Shown here: in pieces, positions 1 through 15,111 of the stretch
Layout: every line of letters begins with the position of its first letter
Position numbering within the stretch: position 1 is the first letter of the stretch
Source of the DNA: Ancylonema sp.
Taxonomy: Eukaryota
Length of the DNA: 64,000 bases
Reading direction: 5' to 3'
Assembly (NCBI GenBank): GCA_050230475.1
Contig: JBFLGF010000193.1
Location: forward strand, 1-64,000
Notes under the pieces: model-generated
What the model was told of the DNA's origin: nothing
What the model saw: only the letters and a program-made list of their open reading frames with translations
The model's database searches: none
Made by a program: the position numbers and the translations under genes

Positions 1-1330
1 GCTGTTACCTGAAGTCGCTCTTGCATGAGCTCAAACTCCCTAATTAAATTACAGTTTACAGAGACTCGACTGCCGCACTCTCAATGATCCAGAACCCGGT
101 CCAGGGTCAAAAAGCCAAGCATTTCAATGTGGTGTACCACTGGGTGAAAGGGTGTCACAGAACTGGGAGACTGTAGTATGTATATCTGGCAGGGGTCAAT
201 CAACCAGCAGATATGTCCACTAAGGCTCTTCCATAGGTCTTGCTTGACAGACACGGAAAGTCTATAGGTTTTGGGAGGGTTCACTGAAGTGGGGGTGCAC
301 ATTAAGTTTAGAGGTTTCGGATGCCATGCTATGCTAGGAAGGGGGTGTATGTTCTGTTTTCTTCTTGAAAAATGCACCTGTGGAGGGCTCTCAACGCTCG
401 TCTATCCAGCTAAGTCACACCACTTTTTTTCTGCCCTGAAAATACTTAAGGACACCTGAAAAGTTGCAGATCTGCTTGCATCTAGAGTTGTCAGTTGTTC
501 ATGAATTTTAATAAATATGTTTTCATCTATGTTATGTATGTTGTGTGAAAATTTCAGTTGTTTTGGTGAAGTTTTGAGAAAGTTATGATGTTTTGAGTAT
601 TTCAAGTTATTCGGAGAAAACTGCAGAAAGTTTGTCATTGTATTGCCCTAACTTGTGGTGTTTGTTTGTATGTTCAGGGCTTCGGCCCGAAAAACGACTA
701 AGGATCTGGAGATATCGACGTCTGGAGTTCCGATCGGCGTCCGAGCGGCTGTGATTTTAGATAGGCCCCCCTAGCACGCTTGTATGCTAGGGAAGACCTT
801 ACTACCCCATGGGCTATGCAATGGTTCCGCCATGACTTAGCTGAACTTGGCATGGCATCCGAGGGGGTGTGTAGGACTTATATCGGATAGCCATGCTTGC
901 TAGTATGCTAGTCCGGGCTACCGGTTAGTACAATCGGTAGGATTCCTAGGGTGTGCTTGGATTGAGGGGCCGGACTTGTGTCCGGGCACCCGAACATGAC
1001 GTTTCGATTATGCCGTTTAGGGCACGTGTGTTTTACGTGTGGTCTAGATGGTTCCGGATCTAGACGTTAGGTCTTGTCAGACTGTCCGGCATGGGCCGTT
1101 GACATGATCTGACTGTTGTTGTGTTATGATAGGCCGCCGGTCTGCAGCACCGACCGTCGGTACACTTTGTTGATTCTCGATTCGTACGAGGCATCGTGGT
1201 ATACCTACACGATGCCGACCATTCAATAATAATACTTCCAACACAATACTTGTCATTGATCATCTTTGAGAGACGTAGTCCCTTGAAAGAACCACACGAT
1301 CTCGCACACCTATCACGTATCAACGCATAC
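1..1330 (+). mobile_element. 3' end of a Ty1/Copia LTR retrotransposon (family B): RNase H remnant, 3' region, PPT and 3' LTR
   Basis: Bases 1-290 match the RNase H end of the copy at 46103-46390 in reverse orientation. PPT GAGGGGGTG at 861-869 is followed by an LTR starting TGTAGG at 870, which is similar to the LTRs at 44982-45438 and 49730-50185. Confidence 0.9.
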
Positions 1331-3169
1331 GCCATTCGACCACCTGAGCCACTTTAGGTTTCTTCTCCAAAACCTCCCCCAGCTCCAGCTCCAGCCCGCA
1401 CTCCGGCTCTTCCAAGCTCTGCACCTGTGACTGCACCTAGCTGTGGGGTGGCAGCTCCAGCTTGCATAGGCCCTGCCACGGGACCAGATTATGGCAGGGC
1501 GCCAGCTAGGGCCTTGAAGATGCCACGCAACTTTGAGACGCGGCCATTCGGAGACTTGGAGCCTGGCACTACCAACGAGAACGAGCCGCCAGCCCAGAAG
1601 CTGCCTTCAGATCCACTCTTGGAGGTTGTGCAGCGGACCATGGAAGCTGCCAAGGAGGCTGAGCAGCACTTGGAGCAAGCCAGGGAAGCGGTCAAGAGGG
1701 TGCTGCTGGACGCGTCTGCAGCCGTTGCCAATGACGCAGCCAACGTGTTCCAGCTTCAGGGGGGGACTTTCAGGTGGGATCTGGTGAGGCCAGATCCAGC
1801 TTTTGTACAAGACCTGCTAACGCCACATACCCAGTCTCGGGAGGCCAGCAAGGGACACACTTCTTCTGCACCCCCTCCATCACTTCCTGTGTCCTGCGCC
1901 AAAGACTTCTCGACCTTCACGCCGGAGCTGCAGTCCCTACTCCTGGATCCGACCTTCGCTTCCATCATCCCTTCCAACCTTCGGGACATCATCTGCTACA
2001 AACACATGACGCTGCCGAATGCAACAAATGTGCTCACCCTTGACGGCACGGGAGCAGAAAACGTAATTGTGGACACGGGGGCCAACTACGTGATGATAGG
2101 GAAGAAGCAGGCGGAGAGGATGGGTATCAAAGACGCAGACCTGGTTGCAGACATTCCTTACCTCACTGCAGATGGCAGCACGGCCAGATGCAGAGGCGTG
2201 ACCAAGAAGACGGTGGCCATTCGACTTCTCCCTGGGACAGTGGACGAAGCCGTGGCACACCTGCACATCTTGGTGGACAACGCCGAGACTTACGACGTGC
2301 TCCTGGGGTCCCACTTCGTCAACCGGGTGGTCCACTCCATCAACCTGCGCCAAAACTACGTGGAGATCTGCCTAGACTGGGACGTCAAGGGGGAGAGGAC
2401 GGCAAGAGTGCCGATTGACACTTACATCCCCCCTTCCAGATTCCCAGTCCTTGAGGATGCCACCAACTTCCAGGGCCTCTTGGGTGGACCTCAGGACCCA
2501 GAGTCTGTGCGCGGACACGTGGCAGCACTGGAGGGGTTGGAGGCCCAGTGGCATGCTCAGGAGGCCTTCCGGGAGAGCAGACGCTAGATGCTGCGCACAG
2601 AGCAGGCCCACCTCTCTCTGGGCTGTTGGATGCGCTCTCTTCCTTCCTTCTCCCTCATGTCTGTCCCAGACCTCAGCGACATGGCTGACACGGTGCTCTT
2701 GCACGTGGAGCAGCTGCGCTCATATCTGGGCAGCAACCGCACATGTGGGCTCATTGGACCTCAGCCTGAGCTCTTCACTCGTCGACAAGACTTAGTGCTG
2801 GCGGTCATCCCGCCTCTGTCGGACCTGAGAGCTGAGCTGGACCGCAAGAAAGCTGTTGAGGAGAGGGCGAGGCGCAAGAAAGGCATCATCCTAGAGCCGG
2901 GACCCCCTCTCCCACATGGCAGCTGGTCTTTGGAGAGCCAGACCCTTGCCAAGCTTTTTGGGTTTTTTTTTTTGGTTTTTTTGGCGGCCATCACCAACTC
3001 CTTCCGGGAGGCTCGGCAACGGCGCTCTTGGATCAGCAAGCTAAAGTCTTCAGCCAAGAAGCAGCCGAAGAAACCGAAGTCTGCACCCGTGGTGTGGACT
3101 GATCCAGAACTCAATCCGGCCAGTCTTATCTGCCAAGACATCCAGCAGCTGACAGTGCAGCAACTGAAG

Positions 3170-4500
3170 GAGGGCGTCCACGTGGTGGATTTCATGGGCG
3201 GCTCGGGCTGCCCCAACCTGATGCTGTGAGTCGACAACGGCATCCCCATCAAAACTTACACCTTTGTGGACATCTCTCCAGATATCCACGTCGTGGCTCG
3301 TGCTGTGGTGGCCAAGCAGCACGCCCTACATCACACACACACTCGCACATCTAGCAAGCAAACTACCATGCACCAATTTGGTTTTACTCCCCCCCCCAAG
3401 CTCTCGGCTGAGAACCGAAGCTAGAGGTTGGCAACTTGAAGGCTACACTACAAGTGCCCCCCCCCAAGTTCCACTCACCCCCCCAAGACATCATACTAGA
3501 CCTACTGATAAGAACAGAGCAAGGCCCCAAGTGAAATGTATGCTAAGAGTGGAGAGATCAAACAAGTAGACACTTGAATTTTGCACACTAAGAAAACTAT
3601 GCACCACAACAAGTCGGCACACTAAAGAGCTTCGGCGGAACCGCAAGTCTTGTAACCACTTTCTATAGCATCTCCCTCATCCACACCTACTCCCTGCTTC
3701 TGCTCTCTAGGGGTTCGACAAGAAGCTGGCGCAGGACATCCGCAAGATAAGCGCCATGGACTTGGTCAACCTTACAGCCAAGCGTGGCCCCATAGATATG
3801 GTAGCCGCTGGTTTCCCCTGCAAGCCAATCAGTAGAGCAAGACCAGGTTGGGGCCAGAAAGACACCCGTTTTCCAGTCTTCCTTGACCTCTGCCGCATCA
3901 CCAACTGGTGCCAGACGCAGCAGGGAGGACGGCCGGTCATCTACCTCCTTGAGAACGTCTGCATCGACGCACACGTAGACAAGGCGGTGCTGGACGCGGA
4001 CAAGCTCATCCGAGCCCTCAATTTGCATCGACGCTCCCCAACTCGGATCCCTTTCCCACAGGTGGAGACGCTTCTGGACGAACATGCTGGCTCCAGATGA
4101 GCAGAGCAGCCTGCTGCCAGACGACCGCCCTCTTCCCATGCTGGAGGTCTACTTCGATGATGAGCACTCTCGAGCCCCTGTTTTCACCTGTGATCAACCT
4201 CCTTTTCGACTCTGCAACGTCAAGGGCCAGGACAGGAAGGTCCTCCCCACCATTGCCAGCTACCCCCTCAGCCACGCCGTCCAGCGCAGAAAGGATGGGC
4301 GTCCAGGGCCGGGGCAGCTCTTCAACAACACGACACAAAAGTGGGAGTCTCCCAACTTGCGGGAGAAGGAGATTCTGCTAGGCTACGATGTTGGCCACAC
4401 GGATGGAGGGCCATCTCTTTCAGCTGCCGACAGTCACCACATGCTGGGCCAGACTATCGACCGCCACGTCATCCAGTGGTTCGGTGCGAGTCTGGCATTC
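3170..4500 (+). pseudogene. DNMT3-like cytosine-5 DNA methyltransferase domain within retroelement pol (disrupted)
   Basis: Motifs in canonical order: I VVDFMGGSG, II YTFVDISP, III QDIRKI, IV IDMVAAGFPC, VI YLLENV, VIII IDAPQLGSLSHRWRRFWTN (after a frameshift at ~4015), IX REKEILLGYDVGHT and X HMLGQTIDRHVIQW. Interrupted by TGA 3227, the insertion at 3330-3685 and TAG 3708. Confidence 0.88.
3330..3685. mobile_element. 356-bp insertion (solo-LTR-like) inside the methyltransferase
   Basis: Flanked by the direct repeat CCTAC (3325-3329, 3686-3690). Composition differs from the host element, and removing it restores the reading frame KQHAL/LPASAL. Confidence 0.75.
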
Positions 4501-6482
4501 CACTCCATTCCGTAGGGATCAGACCCCACTCTCAGCCAAACACTCGAGGTGTGTGGTCTGAGGGGGGAGGGGAATACGGAGTGGTTTCTGGAGAGCATGG
4601 AGACCTTAGCGCTCTCACTCCCCGTTGAGTTCCATGCGCTGCACTTCGACGCTGCCTCCGAAGAGTTCTTATATGACCCGGAGCAGTTGCAGCACTACGA
4701 CACCGGTCCTGAAGAGCGCGTGCACCTCCACAACGCGGCTCTCACGGTGGAAGACTGGATCCGGCTCCTCGAACACGAGCCGACTAAGAGGGGGCAGCCG
4801 CTGCGGGACATGCTGCATGATCAGCAGCCCTTCATGGCAGCTGCAGACACCGAGGGTGCTTGGAAGCTGGGGGGGGGGCTCACTAAGGCGGAGAAGTTGA
4901 AGCTGGTGGACTTTCTCGAAGGCCACAAAGCTGACTTCGCCTACTCGACGGCTGATCTGGGGGGCTTCACTGGTGCGCCCATGGAGATCCCCCTGACTAC
5001 ATACCGCCCTATCTTCTCTCACGCCCACATAATGGGCAAGACGGAATGGGACTTCGTGGGAGAGAACTGCAGCAAGCTGGAGGAGCAAGGCCCCTCATCA
5101 CGCCATCCCACCAGTCCAAGTACGCCAGTGCCACGGTGGTGGAGCGTAAGCGCGACGAGGATGGAGCCTACACAGATCTGCGGCATTGCGATGACTACAA
5201 GCCCATCAACGGCTACACCGACCTGGACCGCTACCCCCTTCCTGCGATTGAGGACATCTTCCAGGAGCTGCAGGGGGCGGTGATCTTCCAAACTCGACCT
5301 TAAGTCTGGCTACCACCAGGTGCCAGTGGCTGAGCACGAAAAGTGCAAGACTGCGTTCTGGGGGATGCGACGTCAACTTTGGGAGTGGAACGTGGTTCCC
5401 TTCGGCCTTAAGAACGCTCCCCCCTTCTTCCAGCGCCTCATGGACCAGGTGCTGCGGGGCTGCCCTATGCCAGGTGCTACATCGACGACATCATCATCTG
5501 GTCGTCTTCCTTCGCTGAGCATCTGGAGCACCTCGAGATCGTCTTCACACGCCTCCGGGAGTGGGGCTTGAAGATCCATTCTGGCAAGTGCCTCTTCGGC
5601 GCTCAGGAGGTGGACTTCTTGGGGCATCGGGCACCTGTATTCTCATCAATCCGAAAACAACTCAATTAATCAAAGGTTAACTTTTTTTTTGAAAAAAGAG
5701 CGACTGTCGTCGACGAAACTTGGATATACCCGGGATGGAGTCGTGCCAAGGCGCACAAATATAGCTCCGCGGCAGTTTTTATGTTGTTTTAAGTTTCGGA
5801 GGTACTTTTTCTTTCGAATCGACATAATAGATGACGTGCAATATTCAATCGGCAAGGAGTCATCGATGACGTCAGCATTCCATGACGAGTAAATTCACAC
5901 AAGAGCTTGACACATTAGGATTGGTGTTGATGTAGTTAAAAGAAAAATGTGGAACTTGTGTGTGTGTTGGAGTGGTTGAAAGCTCAACTCTTAAAATTAT
6001 TATAAACTCTTAGTTTAAAAAGCTTCGCGTCCACATCTTGGTCATAAAAAAAGCATCGAGGATATTACACCGATGAGGATTATAGTGAAAATTTGATAAA
6101 TGGAGTAATGCAAGGTCAAATAACGATAGGAGGAGCGTCTGTAGCACCTCTCAATGACTAAAGTGTTTGTAATTTTGACCCTACAGAACTTGAATGTTTT
6201 TGCTTCATAACTATGTTTTCCATCAATGAACAAATCTATGTCGTCATTGTCATCCGAGATAGAGCTACATCGTGTTTTTCATTTATGGTGACATTTCGGA
6301 TCGAATTCGATCTTCAACTGCCGATAGGAATTGTTGTGTCAACTACTAATGAACCATTTGAATGTTGTATTGGGTTGGCATCTTTGCGGTTGATCGGTAA
6401 GTCATAGTATAACGTCACGGTCGTATATAACCGGCCCAGATACAAACACTACGAATGACCGTGAAAATATGATATAATTACG

Positions 6483-6600
6483 GGCCAAAACCTCAAATTA
6501 AGTTCTGCAATTTTGGGCTTCGGGCTGCAGCCATAAATGTGGGCTGAAGGTTGGCCCATACGCTGCTGTTTTTGGGCTGCGGCATCCCAGAGCCCAGTTC
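6483..6600 (+). promoter_or_regulatory. Cluster of site II-like motifs (TGGGCY/RGCCCA) upstream of UBC
   Basis: TGGGCT or GGCCCA/AGCCCA occurs near 6515, 6540, 6553, 6573 and 6590, about 300-400 bp upstream of the ATG. Such clusters are typical of plant housekeeping promoters. Confidence 0.4.
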
Positions 6601-6900
6601 GTTTGAATAGGCTCCTCGGAGCGGAGCGGAAACCCGAGCCGAGCCGGGTTGCCGGCTGTTCCACAACTAATCAAAATTCTCTGGAACCTACTGAGAACCC
6701 TGCACTCATTTACTACTCCCCTAAGTAGCTTCTAGAGCACGTTTGGAATCATCTCTATACGAAGTTTCTGTATCGTATTCTCTTGATCTTGTTCCCCCTT
6801 GTCTACGGTGGTACAATCCCTTTGGTTGTTGAGAGAGACTTTGAAAGAGGTTGCAGTGGTTGTTTGCTGGTGACGGGAGGCTTGGCCTGGGGGGCGAGTC

Positions 6901-8041
6901 ATGTCGACACCTGCGCGAAAACGGCTGATGCGGGACTTCAAACGCCTTCAGAATGATGCGCCCTCCGGTGTTAGTGGCACGCCGCAGGATAACAATATCA
7001 TGCTTTGGAACGCCATTATCTTTGGGTACGGCTCACTAACGCAATTCGCACTGAATGTCATGTTGCGTGGCTCAACTACATGGCACTCAGTCAACTTCAA
7101 AAATTTAAAGCCAATTCTCCGTGTCTCTTTCTTCATGGGGCAACCGTTTGTTGGTTGTCACAGGCCGGACGATACTCCGTGGGATGGAGGTATGTTTATC
7201 TCAACTTATCTCCGGGAAGATTCGCGAGCCATGCGGTATCATGCTAGCGCTCTCGATATACTTTGTATTTAGCGGCAGGATACCTGCATCGCTTTGTATG
7301 CCGCTTTCGCTGATATTTACGGGCCTCGACGCAGGACCATTCTAGCTCTCGTTGCAGTTCACGGAGGATTACCCAAACAAGCCACCCACAGTGCGGTTTG
7401 TCTCGAAAATGTTCCACCCTAACAGTGAGTGCATCTATCCCGGTCATCGCGTCACTCGCTGCAACGGTTGGTGAATCTGGAGTCCGGTTTTCACTCCATC
7501 CCTGTTCAATTTATAGTCTACGCAGATGGAAGTATCTGCCTAGACATTCTGCAGAACCAGTGGAGCCCAATTTATGACGTGGCTGCCATTCTCACCTCAA
7601 TCCAGGTGAGTCAGCTGCCCCTACTCTTCAGGTCATGAGTTCTGGGGGTGGCGTCTGGGAATTATGAACTTGTTTTGCGTCAAGGTTTTGGTCGGGGTTT
7701 AAGCATCTGGTGTTGCCGAGTTCACACCATCGTCGGTCGTCCGTTTTGGATATGTTTTCAAACAAGATTGGGTTTATGAACTGGTTCGTTTTGAAATTGA
7801 TCTTCTCAGGAGCTCAAAATCTGTACAGATTTAGGTTTTAGAGTGCCGATAATACTTGGGGGGCGGATATTCGAGAGTGTAACGTCCTTCTGTTTTCCTC
7901 TTATTTTGGCAGTCCCTTCTTTCTGACCCCAATCCTAATTCTCCTGCGAACTCGGAGGCAGCTCGTATGTACAGCGAGAGTCGGAGAGACTACAACAAGA
8001 GAGTGATGGAGATAGTGAATCAGAGTTATATAGCCGATTGA
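6901..8041 (+). CDS. UBC2: RAD6-type ubiquitin-conjugating enzyme E2 (UBC1/UBC2 family), 5 exons, with an in-frame TAG at 7343-7345
   Basis: Exons 6901-7025, 7164-7189, 7335-7424, 7517-7605 and 7913-8041 (GT-AG introns) total 152 codons plus stop. Sequence [17 protein letters not shown]...[36 protein letters not shown]...NSPANSEAA. Confidence 0.93.
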
Positions 8042-9471
8042 CGAGTCTCCAATCCGGTCAAGTGTGGGGAGTGATGGGTCTTGTCCTCAGAGCGCATGGT
8101 TGAATGGGATTCGTGATTCTGGGGATGGTGACATCATCAACGTCACCTTGACTTGTGCATCCAATGCCCAGAGATCCTGGTGGTGCCCTCGTGCCCTGTT
8201 GCCCTGTTGCCCTGGTGCCCTGGTGCCCTGGTGGTGCCAGGAGGAGGCAGAGTGGAGTAAAAGACGCACACCTATCACCTCTTCGACAGTTTGCTTGAAA
8301 ACGGGTTTTAGTCATGGTGAGGGGGATAGTGCGTAGTGGCCATTTGGTGGTTGTAGTAAGAAACTGTTGCTTTGATTCGTGTTTTGTTGAGGAGGCTGAT
8401 GCGTCGGCAGTTGACACGAGTATAATATTTGGACGTGGTACATATGGTTTCGAGTAATTGAAAGTGTGTTTCGAGTGTGAGATATGTGTTGTTGAGTGGA
8501 GAAGTTGTTGTTACATAAACGGTATAGCAAAAAGATTTGCGATGATCCATTTGCGATGACTTATGTGGATGACATGCTACTCGCTCTTTCACCAAGTGAC
8601 TATAATTGATGTGCATGTGTGTGACCGAAAGTGTCTTTTGTGGGTTTGATTTGCAACATTCATTCGTATGGTTGTGCTTGGCTGTGTATATATGGTTGGC
8701 GAGTTGGGTGCGTCTAATGTGAGTCCAACAATAATGATGTTGAGTTGTACTGTATCAATCGAGGTATTTCATGAAGTTTTTTCGGAGAAACACTACCATA
8801 TTGGTTAGAGAGTTGAATGGTGATCTATGTCTTCGGACTTATTCCGTTGGACTTGAAGTATTTGGCAACATGTAGTGGTTGGAGATAAAGGGAAAATCAA
8901 GGTGTTTAGTTGGAAAGTCAATGATTGCACAACAAGATTAGACCTGAGTTACATCCTTCTACAGAATTTCCTTTTCGAACCGGCTTCTCAATCTATGCAC
9001 CTATGTAATAAAGGCTCTCTCTCTCGCGATGTCGATAGGCATTGAATGGGTCAATGTGATTTCACCCTCCTACCACAGCAATTGTTGTCTCCCCAAGCTT
9101 CAGCGTAGGCCACCAAACCATCCTTGTTGTTTGTGTGGATCCTAGGCTGCCTTAGATTCTATACGCTTACGACAATATACCCAATCATGCGCACGAGTGT
9201 CTCTTAACAATGAAAGTACCACATAAAAGCAAGTAACAAATGATCCATCATGTTATAAGTGGTCCAAATGTTCTAACTTGTCATGTCACTGATAATCCGT
9301 GAGCTGCACGTGGTGTGCGCACAGCGCATGAGAACAATTGCAATGCCAGATTGTTTGACAAGATAACAATCACTGCAAGTTATTCTACGAGTGTGTCCAT
9401 ACACTTTCTACAACTTTCGCACTGACATGTCATTTCTATATCATGTTCCTTAGACAAGGAAGTACTTGCAA

Positions 9472-14367
<4,896 letters not shown>

Positions 14368-14419
14368 TATGAACTTAAGGCTGGTGGCGCAGGACCAACC
14401 CAGCTATAGCCGATGAGAT

Positions 14420-15100
14420 AGGGAGCTAAAAATCCAAATCTGCATGTGATTTCTTATGACCTCTGCCTCCCGTTACAAGCCTTTTGTCCCGAGCAAAAAT
14501 GCCCAGTCAGACTCTAAAGCTCTTTCGAGACCAAGAAAATTCATATATGTCGTCGTTTGATTTCTATCCCATTCTATCACTGAATGGACATTAATCCATG
14601 CCCACATTATAAAACTTTCAGTTCACAGGCTGGATGGAACAGTGCTGACTCTCAGCACAGCGGTGGTGTGAAAAGAAACGTTATATGTCTGCGACATGGA
14701 TCCTGATGAGTAAAGCTGAAGGCAGCGCCAAGCGTCAGTACACGTGGCGCGATGCCGCTGAAAACTGAAATGGCCACGTGGACCCCAAAAAGTTTTCCCC
14801 TGGTTACCGTACTGGTTACGTCAGAACGAACACATGAAGGCTCACGGACATGGAGCTCATGGGCCCGCGGGCGCACGGGCTCACTAGTTTTCGCCCCTCA
14901 AATTTGATTCCACCCGCAGAGCGAAGGTAGCTCCGCTCGGCAGTTGGTTCCACAAAGGTAGAACAGCCTGTTCTCCGAAGCTAGTTTTTACTGGGATCAA
15001 CGGGGTCCAAGCTACACGGTGTAGCGCCTTACAAGTAGAGACTGGAAAACAGTTTGTATTCCGTGACTGTAGGCGTCATCGTCGATCTATTTTTTTCCAA
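14420..15100. promoter_or_regulatory. Probable bidirectional promoter between the divergent COQ3 and DUF3598 genes
   Basis: The genes are head-to-head about 750 bp apart. Two G-box cores (CACGTG at ~14741 and ~14775) and a TGGGCC site II motif (~14860) are present. Confidence 0.45.
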
Positions 15101-15111
15101 GTAGTTGCAGA

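Larger units (their letters stand above)
1331..5632 (+). mobile_element. Decayed, truncated Ty3/Gypsy-type retroelement encoding aspartic protease, C5 DNA methyltransferase and reverse transcriptase
   Basis: Protease motif VIVDTGANYVMIG (~2062-2100). MTase motifs lie at ~3180-4485. RT motifs DRYPLP, KLDLKSGYHQ, VPFGLKNAPPFFQRLM and YIDD (~5477-5490) follow, ending at FLGHR ~5630. There are several stops and frameshifts, and none of the element's own LTRs is visible. Confidence 0.9.

Noticed and set aside
1060..1335. Recurring ORF (KYCVG.IIIEWSASCRYTTMP), also at 45055, 49803 and 53210
   Set aside because: Incidental frames within copies of the same LTR; lengths and ends differ, and there is no coding evidence.
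8183..8240. GCCCTGGT repeats in the UBC 3' region
   Set aside because: A short simple tandem repeat with no evident function.
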